DNA of 64,000 nucleotides from Nageia nagi (taxonomy: Eukaryota; Plantae; Pinophyta), in the NCBI GenBank assembly GCA_050084985.1, contig JBITNC010000002.1, positions 17,298,001-17,362,000 on the forward strand, read 5' to 3'. The position numbers and the translations under genes are program-made. Of the stretch, positions 43,801-55,800 are shown piece by piece; within the stretch, counting starts at the first letter, position 1, and every line of letters starts with the position of its first letter. Under the pieces are notes generated by a model that saw only the letters and a list, made by a program, of their open reading frames with translations, was not told the origin of the DNA and searched no databases.

Positions 43801-46800
43801 GCCAAAATTTTGGCTGAATCTGGTGCTTTCAGTGTGGATAGGATTTTGGAGAAAGGAATGTAACTTCTTGAAAATATGCAACCATTGCAACTTTTCGAAA
43901 ACGTGCGACCGTTCTATACTTAGCCATTTTTTGAGCTTCATCACACCTTTTTGAAGAATTGGAAATGTAACCTTCCCAAAACATGCAACCACTCCATACT
44001 TGATTTTTTTTTAGTGAAAAGTGGTCCAATCCAGATTTTATATCAATTTTGACAAATTTGACCTTTCCTAGTCTTGTGGCCACCTAACTTGTGCAAATTT
44101 CGACCGTGATGGTGTCTAAATTGTTGGTTGCATCATTCAAGAAAGATGAAGATGCAACTTTTACCCGACATGTGACCAACTCCAGACTTAGCAAAATTTA
44201 GGTTTTGGGCTAGAAATTTCACAAGAAAGTGGTCAATTGGCTCGGATATGGTGGCTTGATGATTCTAAGCCAAAGCAATCTCAAGTAGGCTCAAAGCCCA
44301 CTCTATCATAGTCAAACTTTGGATTTTATGCCCTCCTTGCCCATTGTGTCATAGTCAAACTTCAGATTTTGTGCCCTCTCTAGAGCATGCACAAGCTGCA
44401 ATTTCTTCATTCATCTCTCTAATGGCTGAGAGTGTGTCCTCAAATTTTGGAAAAAATAGGGGCGTTTTGTGTAAACACAACACTACCAAGGTCTACTTGT
44501 ATGCTGATCTCACATGACTCCAATTAGAGGAGCTTTGGAAAGCTTGTGATCATTGGTGGCAACAACCAAGAAAGAAATAAATGGGTTGTCATCCATGATT
44601 GTAGTGTGATCATTTGTGAGACTCCCTTGCCAGGTTGGTCATGCCTTAGGCCCTCCAATGATGGCAAAAAAATGTCCTTTCAATGCTCAATCTTACAGCT
44701 TGGAACTGTAACGACATGATTTGGTCTTCACCTGGATTAGTTTGTGATATCGTCCACCACATGGATTTGATATTATTCATTGAGACTCATGAGATTGTTG
44801 TTAAGGGCCTCCCTCTCTTCTCAGGATATACTAGGATCTCTTCTTTTAGGACTTCACAATAGATAGGCAACTGCAAGCATGGCATAGGCGGTGTAACTTT
44901 GTAGTCAACAACTAGTTGTTCTCCAGGATTAGAGTGAAGGGTATTGATACCCATGCATGATACATATGGATCTTCGTTGCAAGAGCCCCACCACTTAAGA
45001 GGATATATATTGCAAGTTGTTACTTCTTGTTAGCAACTCCTCATTATGTTATAAAGGGAGAAGGAGAGTCATTGTTTCTTGATCTTTTTTTGATATCTCT
45101 AGATAATTACCCCAAGGAGAGATTATGTTGGCATTCGACTTCACCGACAAGCCAAGGAATCTTCAGATTCAATACTTTGATAATAGGGTCGATCCTCTCC
45201 ACCATCAAGCTCTTGATTATGTCTATGGGTTCTAGTGGACTATTGTTGACACCATGTCTCCCTCAACATATGGGATATTCCTCCTCAAGCTTGGAAAGGC
45301 CTAAAATCTTTATCATCATGACCAATATTGCTCAATTCCCTCTCTTTCAATTCCAAGCATGCTTCCCTCGTGTTGGAGGGTCTAATGTTGTTGATTATAT
45401 CCTCTCCAATCCCTCCCTTCCCCCCCCACTTCCAATCCTTTTAGGTTACTTACCCCTTGTCTCCCACTTGCGAATCATGCCCATCTAGCCCTCTCCCTCT
45501 TGGTACAAATGTCCCCCCTAGTGCTTCACCACCCCATCATTGCCCCCACATATGACAATCCACTTTGATTAAGCCCTCTCACCCTTATACAACAGCCTGA
45601 AGCAAAAATTAGATGACATGCATTCTTTACTTCCAGGTTACACGGTGAGTCAGGAGCGGCAGAGCTTACGGAGTGCGCTCCAGAAGTTCGGAGCGGCAGA
45701 GGGTGATTTTTATGGAGCGACTCCGATTCGGCAGGTGGAGTGACTAGTAAAAAAATCCCCAGGATCTTTAGATTTTTTCTTGTTCATTGTTTCTAATTTA
45801 TTTTTACTATCAACATTCAACTATATATCAATTTCAAATATGAATTTAAATTACAAAACATAATCAAGTATGAATATGAAAGGTAGAAACTAGAAACGAG
45901 AAATCAAAGTGAGCCATAATGTCATTAAGTGACAAACAAGGCTAAATCAGCAGTACATAATGTCATAATATCAAAATGAGTCATAATGTCATAGTAGCAA
46001 AATGCCAAAGGCTCAAAATAACAAAACCATAACTATCAAGTATCAATACTATCAAACTATGGCTCTAGCCTCTAAGACTCTTAAGTCTAATCCTATGGCT
46101 TTAAAGGCTCATGTGCTCATAATATATTTTGATTGTAGTCAGAATCAACATCCTCCTCATCCATATCATGATCATCTGATGAGCTGCCCTCATCATCCAA
46201 CTGGATGCGCTCCATGTCCAATGGTAATCCTATCAACCCTTGAGCATCATTATCAACCTCTTGACTAGCTAACTCCACAGGATCAATATCCCATCGTGAA
46301 AGTGGACTAGCTCTATACTCTGGCTTCACCCTCTCACGAAGGGGAAGATAGCTATGCATCGCTACTAGCTTCTTTGCTCTCTTTGGGGTAAGCATGTTCC
46401 TCCTCATGCTGTGGATGAAGCCATATGTGGACCAATTCCTCTCTGCAACAGAGGAACTACCAACCTACAAACAAATTTGTCATTTGATAAAATTAGAATT
46501 AGAAACATGAAACATCAAAGTTCAAACAATTTGAATTATTCAAATTTGAAATTTCTTCAGCTAACCTGAGAAAGGAGCCTAATTGCAAGTTGCCTCAATT
46601 TTGGAGCATCATCCCCATATAGATCCCACCATCCAATGGGATCACTTTGGGCAATGGTAGCCCTATCCTCCCTACACTTTGGTGTGCTAAACTGAGGACC
46701 CTTAAGTCTCGAAAATTGCGTGAATTGTTTTCTAAGGATGGTAGCCTCCTCTGATGTATACACCTTTTTCAAGAACTTCATGAATCCATTTTTCACTTCT

Positions 46801-49800
46801 GAATCATTAATGGTTATCTATTTGCCATCCTTGGGCATATACCATTTTGGATTTAGAGCATGGGCAGCCATATGCATTGGGGAGTTCATCTTAGTCCACC
46901 TATAAGAAATTAAAAAATAAAGTTAAAAACTTAAAACAACAAAGCACAAACAATAATGAATCAACATTTGTTACATTTCTTATGGTTACCTATTCATTAT
47001 AATAGGACAAATGTAGTTTGTATAAAATGAGGGATCTTGGGCACTAATGATATCTTTTATTCGCTCAACCATGTTGTCAAAAGTCTCATATATTTCTCCT
47101 AAATTAGGAGAATCTGTATTACTATACCTAATGACATCATGGATTGGAGCAATGAAACTAACCATGTACCTACAAGGATTAAAAAAAAAAGGAAGTTAAA
47201 AAGCTACATAGTAATATAAACAATCAATAACAAAAAAATTAAAATAAACTTCATTTACCTAATTCCATCCCACCAACTATTATTTAAGATTTTCAATCTA
47301 TGTGCTTTTCCCTCATCTGACTCAGAGTCCTTTCACTTCTTCCAATCTGATGACACTACCATGGATTGGAGTGGCTGTTGTAATTCAAGCATCCTCTCCA
47401 ACAGAAGGTAATATGTGGCATATCTTGTTTCAGCAGGTTTGATGAACTCCTTCTTTGAGAAGCACCGAAATAAGGCCATTGATGTGTGATGGTTGCAAAT
47501 AAACATTTGCATCTTTCTAGCCTCTTGAACTATATCCTTCACCCATTCTATCTTTCCAATATCTCTCAAAGCATTGTTCAAAGCATGCACACAACATGGA
47601 GTCCAATAAATATGTCTAAAAGTGGACTCTACCAATTTACCTGCTCTCTTACAAATAGGGGTTGCATCTGTAATGACCTACAAGACATTAAAAAATTAAA
47701 ATTCAAATATTAAATATTGAAAAATTAAAAGTAAAACAAATAAAATGAAAAGTATAAATTATTAAATACTATAAAATTTAAAATGAAATAGTAAAATAAT
47801 TTTACCTGCACAACATTGGATGGGCCAATATCCTCAATAGCTTGCTTCAAGAGATGAAATTGGAACTCTGAATCCTTTTTCTTCCTAGAGCAGTCAATAG
47901 CTTGGAGAAAAAAAGGGCCATTTGGACATGTAACAATTATATTGATGAGTGGATGTTGACGAATGTCAGTCCATCTATCCATTACTATGGAATACCCATT
48001 ATCCACCTATGATGTCTTCATTGTATGCATCATCAAAGTACATTTAGCATAAACCTTCTCCAAAATACTAGTACGAAGTCTAGTCTAGTTTTTTTCTTCC
48101 TCACTATTTTTTTATTTCAAGTTTTGATGTGTTTTTTTTTTTTTTTTAAATTGGGGCACAAATTTTTTTTGCCATTGGAGTGGCTGGATGCTCCGGACGG
48201 CAGAGGGGGTGGTCCGAACCACTTAGGCCAATCTTGAGAGTCGGGAGCCACTCCAGTCGATCTGGAGCGTCAGGAGCCGCTCTAGTGGAACCCTGCTTTA
48301 CTTTCCATTGATGCCCAAACACTTTTCCTTGTTAAATCCCTTTGGTCGGTGACCCTTCAAGCTTTTCCACACACCACCCATCCCTTGCCTTGCCAACGAC
48401 CTCATTGTCATTGTTCATTAAATCAATGGTTTGATATTGATTGTAAAGCTAGTCACTGCTTTCTCTCCTTCCAACCACTCCCTTCACCATTCATATTATC
48501 ACCTCTTAAGGACCAAGAAACTACACTTCTTGGCCAAAATAAAATGAGAGATCGTCTCCTCACTTCACCATTACACCAAATCTTTTTGGCACACCTTCAT
48601 ACCCCACAATGAACCCCATCCACTGTCATCTCCTTATCTCCCTCCTTCAACTTCTTCCCAACCCCCCCCCCACACAACAATCCAAAAATAGCTCTAGTGA
48701 GGCCTCGAACATTGAGAATCTTCAAGCAAAATACCTTAAACATGTCGGTTTCACCCTCCCCTCCTTCCTCTCTAGCCTCTTAAACAATATCATTTGCTCT
48801 AGTTTTCCCATCTCTTGGACCTTAGACATCATCTATCCTATCTTCAAATCTGGTGACCCAAATGTGCAAACCAATTATCGCACCATTATGATCGGGCACA
48901 CTCTAGTCAAGCTCTATGACACTATCTCTAAGGACTATATATCATAGATTGCATATGAAAAAGGTTTTGGAGTAGGAGGACGAGTAGGTTTTTGGAAAGA
49001 TTATCATATCTTCAACCACATTTTCACCTTGTAGGCGATCATTTAAGAGGTCAAGTTTTGGAAGTGATCTTTTGTTGCTTCGTGGACTTCAAGAAGTCTT
49101 TGACACAATTCCCCGTCATGGATAGATTTCGACGTTTAGGGCTCTCGATGATTGGCCATATAGCCATGTTGATGATATACAAGACATTATAAAGGTATGT
49201 TTATACCCCAAAGGGTCTCTCATATAGCATTCTTAGAGATCGTAGGTCCAAAGACAGGTTATCTCCTCCACAAGACTCACATCCTGAATCTCAACCAAGA
49301 TTAATGTGCTAGCCTTCAATGTATCTAAGTCCACAAATTGATCAAATCCAAATCACCTACCAAGTCAAGGTCATTGAGAGTCGAGACTATCACCTCCTAC
49401 ACTTGGGAGTACTCCTCTTTGGTCCCATATTCTTGATGACAAAGGTAGTCCCACCTAGAGTACGTAGAGGATACACGATGGTCTCCTCCTTTGAGAGGCA
49501 ATGTGTGTAGCTTCACTTCTAGGACATCTCATCCAAGCTCCAATTATTCCATATCCTAGTCACGTCTACGGTATTGTATGGTGGAGGTATGGGGTCCCAA
49601 CTTGAGGGCAACAAATTGGGCTGTGATAGAGACGATCTTGGTCAACACATTATCTGGCTCCATTCAGGGCAAGAGGATTTTCCCCCACTACATCATACTC
49701 GTTGAGTTCATCTGCTAGCCTTTTCAAATGTGGGCCTTTGCATCTCTGATTCTTTTCCTTCCACGCCTTTATGACTTTATAGTTCTAGGTGTTGGGGTTG

Positions 49801-52800
49801 ACAAGATCCCCACCAAGGTCTTGACCTCATCGATGGAGTTAGTAGCACAGGGTTTTCGTTGGTACTAGTTCACTAAGGTCTTCGACACGTTACAATTATT
49901 AGGCTTTTCACATGCTCGGCTACCTACCGCTACATGGGGTTCATCTACATCACCTAATGATTCATTGATGTTGACCCGTAAGACAATTTATAGAGCATAT
50001 ATCCATAACACTTGGGTCACCTTTCAACAGCCCCTCATGCCCAAGTTACTCCACTACTCCCAACACTTCATTCAAATTGCTAAAGGGTTGATCCTTGGCC
50101 CTACGTATATCAATTTGCACCTACCTTTTGATTTGAGGATATTTCTTGATTAGTTTGGGATTTGCTCACACTAGTTGTGGATTGACATAGATCGTCATCT
50201 AGCTCACAAGCTTAGGGTTTGTCATGTATACTCAGTAGAGACTAAAACTAAGGATCATTTCATCTTCCGATATTCAATCTACTACAATATTCGAGGATGT
50301 ACTATTGTCTCTTCCAAGACTCTCATGAATTGATTTCCTCCTTTCAATATATAGTCCAAAGATGTGTGGCACTCTACATGTGGGAGGCTTTCCCTTTTTG
50401 AAAATGTCTTTTATCCGACACTCAACAGCCGAGCAGAGATTGTCGCTTTACATCCTTTTTCCAGACTTCTTTGGCGGAGGGGTCCCATAGGTCGATGAAA
50501 GACAACGCTCTCCCCCCTATCCGATGCACCAAGAGGTGCCTACATTATACTTGTATTCCTTTGAAGACTCGTAGATTACATCCTTCTTCAGAGTTTGTAT
50601 GGGCTCAAATTCTAGAGATCAGGGAGATCCCGTCGCAGTAACTTCATTCAGAGAATCTTTGCATTCTCCCTTAGCTTGTCCTCGAGCAGACTCTTCTTGA
50701 CCACCATCGATGTTATAGTGCTCCTTTTTTGCATTCTTTTCTTACTTCTAGCGTTTCGACCTCTTATTGTAACTTTTAGTTGATTTTAGCTTTAGTGGAG
50801 ACCTTCTTAGGCCTTGATTGCTACTTTACCATCCATGTATACTTTTGCAATGTCCCAATTTTAGACATTACTTCTACTTCAGCATGTTGTTGCTACATGA
50901 GGGGCACTTGGAGTGGGACGTTTCTCCTTGGGGAATGATTAAATGTAATTGATGTATTTCATAGTACTTAGGAGTCATTTAATGCATTGTAATTAGCACT
51001 TAGTATGAGATGCCCTCTTCTAGAGCTATTCTTGGGCATGATGTATTACATAGATCTTTGGATAGGAGACTTGCAGGTCCAAGGGACCAATTGTGAGCCC
51101 CAATGTGGGATGTCTCCCTCTTTGAGGAAGTTAGTTGTTTTTCTTGCATCTAGGCATGATTGCATGGATCCCGAGGTGAGATCTAGATATCCTAGTGGGA
51201 CGTCCAATTACATAAGAGAAGGATGCACAGTGGAGAAGGCATCATCGGACTTTACATCATTTCATCTTCTCTTAGAGAGACCCAGGGCAGCGTAGACCTA
51301 TACCTCTTGTGTAGAACGTGAAAGGGTTTAGAGGAGCAGAGATGCCTCTAGATCTCTAACTGATTCACACCCCTTAGTCCATCCTGTGATATTCTGAGGT
51401 TGCACTTCTCTCTTCATCCGGGCATGGGAAAGCTCCTTCAATGGTGCATCCAAGTCCAAGGGAGTGTTACTAGTCTCTTTGCCTTACAGAATTAGGGGTT
51501 AGAGGCCCTATTGGTGTGACGTTAGTCTCCCTTGTGCATTTGTAGTTTGTAGTACTTGAGATCTAGCCTTCCAAGCTAGACGTCTAGCCCTTCGGGCTAT
51601 TGTAATTACATTTGAGATCAATATACTTCAGATCTACATTCTTCTTGGTCTCATTTCATTTCTTGTGGAAGTTATTTGTCTTTTAACCTTGGAATTGCCC
51701 TATTTGGTGTGAAGAATTTTTTTTCTTAATTTGGGGCATTACAACTTCAATCCCATTAACTGCTGTTGGTCACCCATGGACATTAATATATTTCTTTCTT
51801 TGAGCATAACCTAACATCATTCCCTTTCTTCCTTGCTAAGTGATATTTGAGGTAGTTTATACTTCGAAAAGATTTCTCCACAAAAATTGCAGAGGCTCAA
51901 AGAGTTTCCCATTTTCTTATCCCCTCCCTTTGCATATATCCATGTTGGATCTTTTCTCCCTGTCATTTTCTTGTGGATAAACATAAAAACAATGGACAGA
52001 TGGTTGCTTAGAATTGAAGAAAATAAAAAAACTAGGGCTGAAACCTTAGTTTAAGTTTTAAACATTGATGGGTGCAAAAAATGCATCAAGGGAGATTTTA
52101 TAAATGTGCAATGAATTTGAATCTTAACAAAAAGAAAAAAAAATACAATTGAAACCCTAGTTTAAACTTTAAATATTGATAGGTGAAAAAGAATGCAACA
52201 TTTGGTTGTTATAAATGTGCAAATTTGCAATGAATTTGAATCTTAACAAAAAGAACAAAAAATGCAATTGAAACCCTAGTTTAAACTTTGAATATTGATA
52301 GGTGAAAAAGAATGCAACATTTGGTTGTTATAAATGTGCAAATTTGCAATGAATTTGAATCTTAACAAAAAGAAAAAAAAATGCAATTGAAACCCTAGTT
52401 TAAACTTTAAATATTGATAGGTGAAAAAGAATGCAACATTTGGTTGTTGTAAATGTGCAAATTTGCAATCAATTTGACTCTTGAAAACGAAAAAGAAAAA
52501 TGCAATTGAAACCTTAGTTTAAACTTTTAACATTGATAGGTTAAAAAGAATGCAATAGTTGGTTCCTGCAAACTTGCAATGAATTTGAATCTTACAAAAT
52601 AAAAAATGCTTGAATGAAATTGAAAAATAGGCACAAAAATGGTATTTGAAACTTGAAAACATTTTTCTTACCTTAGAATCACAGTTGAATGGCTCTTGAT
52701 GGGTGTTAGATTCTTTCAAACCTCCAAAACTCTGTTTGAATATGCAAATTTGTGTTGTTTTTGGTATGACAGCATTTAGCCTCTCCTCTCTTAGCTATTT

Positions 52801-55800
52801 GCACATTTAGAAATGAAGTCAAATAATAAATATACATTTTTTAATCTTTCAATTCATGTTGTATGAGATAGGTGAGTCTTTTTGTTGGACTTGAGTCCGG
52901 AGTATGAGCCAATATTAAAAACAAAAACTCAACCTGAGACCCAAAAACTCGCAAGTTAGGCCCAAGCGATTCAGCAAAGCTGAATCAACCTCAGACTCAA
53001 CGAGTTTCTAAGACTCGGGCTATGTTTTGCTACTATGGTTTGGATGATCAAAAATCAACTTTCGCAAACTATTTCTCACTTGGATCTGATTTTGTCAATT
53101 GTAGTTCAAGAAAACAATCCATGGTGGCACTCTCTTCAAAAGAGGTAGAGTATGTGGCAGCTATAACAGCAACAACTTAGGCCTTGTCGTTGAGAAAGAT
53201 GTTATGTGATTTGGGAGAAGAGCAGTTGATAGCCAGTACATTGTTTTGTGACAATCAAAGTGCAATCCAAATTGCACAGAATCCTGTCGCACCATGGAAG
53301 ATCCACCATATTGACCTTCAGTTTCATTTCATAAGAGACAGACATGATGTGGATTTTGGACTTTTCTTGTACCACTTATCAGCTTGCAGATATCTTCACT
53401 AAAGGCATGGACATAAAGCAATTCCTAAATTTGTGGTATAGATTGATGACCTCCTTCATGATCAAGGGGAAGAATTAAGAATTGATCACTTTATGAGAAA
53501 ACTGACATGTCTATTTTTTGTTCAAAAAATAGACAAAAATACAATAAAATAGAAAGCTCAATGTCTCTTGAGTTCTAAAAAAGCCAAGAGACAACTGGAA
53601 GTTAAATGAAACTCCATAAGAATCTAACTAGCATGGTAAACTAAAGGGTAATACCCCCAATGTAAGATATTAATATATTTGTTTCTTCTTTTTAGTGTGT
53701 GGTGTTGCTGCATGTATGTGCTGTAATATATTAATTTTTTTTTTCTAATTTCGCTGTATTAATCTGTGTGAGGCATGTTCATTTGGTTTTGACAGTTTGC
53801 TGTCATTTTCGCTAGGACTGCAATTCTTGTTTGGAAGTGATTCATAAAATGAATGAGTACAGTCTGAGTTAGCAAAATTAACAAATCCTTGAGATCTCTT
53901 AGTGGTGATGGTGACATGTTATGAGCCTAACTAGGGCTCATGCAAATACTCAATTCTAATTTACTGGTCATTCATCCAAGTTAGGTCAAAACTGAAAATG
54001 CTTAACATCCATGCAATACTGAATTGTCACAGCAATAAATCAGATCTGATATGTAACAGGAATAATGCTCTCTATATCATGTAAACCATTCAAACTAGGG
54101 CAAAAACGCAGATATTTTGTGTAACAGAATTATGCATCTAATCATTTTAATTCTTATGCGTTCTCATTCATGAGCATCAATTACAGTACAGCAGTAGTAA
54201 AAAGCATTTCATTCACACATGGAAGCAACATAAGAGCCAACATATATATATATATATAGTAACCAAGAATTTAGCACAGTTCTGTAACCAACAAGTTCTA
54301 GGACATCACAAATGTACTCAATAAGACTCCCAATGTGTGGTGCAAGGTCTCCCAAGGTCCCAAAAGGGTGACGCACTATTCTAAAGGCTCCCAATGTGGG
54401 GTGCAAGTCTCCTCAATGTCTCCAAGTGTGGTGCAAGTCAATTAGCAAGATGGATAATGCAAGTAATAGTGAATCTACCACTTCTAGGCTAGGGCACATC
54501 TCCTAGACCATAGAAGGAAGAGAGGGGCACATCCCCAACTCAAAATCTAAAGATCAACAATCTCCAATGATACCTTTTTGCTACTGAAATTCTTAAGCAT
54601 AAATACACAAAAATGCTCATCAAACATGTCTTGACCGACTTTGTCTTGGAAGAAAATATTATTTCCATGGCTGACTTTCTTGGGATGGAAAACTTTAGCG
54701 TGATATGGTATGGGAAGCGATTTTCAAAAGACCATATTTCCCTCGTACCTTGATGAAACCATGTCGTGTGACTTGTCAAAACGATTGATAGGAGATTCTC
54801 TATCCATTTTAGAAGACAAATCAACGATCCATTTCTTATGGTAAAAGTTATGCCCTTTATAGTACCATATTTCCTTTAGTAGTTTCCAAGCTTGTTCTTG
54901 TTTGTTTTTAAAAGCTGCTCCAACTACCCAAGATAATCTCCTATCTCACTCAGTTTATTTTTGATTGTATCAAACCTCTATGAAACTAATGATACATAGC
55001 AGATGATTCAATCCTTGATTCGTTGATTGGATGCTGTCTCAATTAATTAAAATTTTGAAATGTCACAAGTTGATTTCAATATCATAAAAGTGTCGAACCA
55101 AATTTGTTTAATAGGTGCAAGATTTTGGATACAAAGATTTACTTTGGTTTTACATTGGAGTTTGAACAGCATGGAGTCTTTTTTCTTTAAGACTTTGTTT
55201 TGTGACTTCAATTTTACAACAGGTATGCTATCACGTTAAAATTTTGAAGCGTCATAAGTTGATTTCAATATCATAGGAGAGTTGAACCAAATTTTTTTAG
55301 TAGGTGCAAGATTCTGGATATAGAGATTTACTTTGGTTTTACATTGGACAGCATGGAGTCTTTTTTCTTGAAGACTTTGTTTCATGACTTCAATTTTATC
55401 ACAGGTATGCTATCACTTTGATAGCAATGTACAATTTTGGAGATCTGATTGGGAGATACATTCCTCTGATTAAGATGATCAAGCTGGAAAGAAGGTCATG
55501 GCTCACAGGTGCAGCACTTTCTCGCCTAAGTTTCATCCCAGTGTTCTATTTCACTGCAAAGTACGGAGATCAAGGTTGGATGTTAATGCTATGCATTTTA
55601 CTGGGATTGTCTAATGGATACCTTACTGTTTGTATATGGACTATTGCACCCAAAGGATACAAGGTTGGCATCTCTCTACCTTTGATCTATATTTCTTTGT
55701 TTTAAATTTTTAATTTGTTAATATATCATCACCTGTTAGAGGAGTTGGGAGAAGTAAGGTGTGAAGACATCCATGTGGAAGGTCTCAAGTTCCACTCCCA

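Larger units (their letters stand above)
32122..51797 (+). mobile_element. Degenerate RTEX/RTE-type LINE carrying nested insertions (own segments ~32122-33335, 44483-45632, 48296-50845, 51744-51797)
   Basis: RT motifs FPISWTLDIIYPIFKSGDPNVQTNYRTIMIGHTLVKLY and FCCFVDFKK. C-terminal SH*LWIDIDR...CHV...DHFIF...YYNIR. TTTC-type tail. Flanked by the ~22-bp duplication T(G/A)AGCATA(G/A)CCTAACATCATT. Assignment of the 5' segments is inferred. Confidence 0.75.

Noticed and set aside
52039-52610. Regular repeats as a CRISPR array
   Set aside because: Head-to-tail 119-bp units with no unique spacers, in a eukaryotic intron with no cas genes.
54048-54460. LTR-like segment with GTGGTGCAAG repeats
   Set aside because: Boundaries and TSD could not be established.
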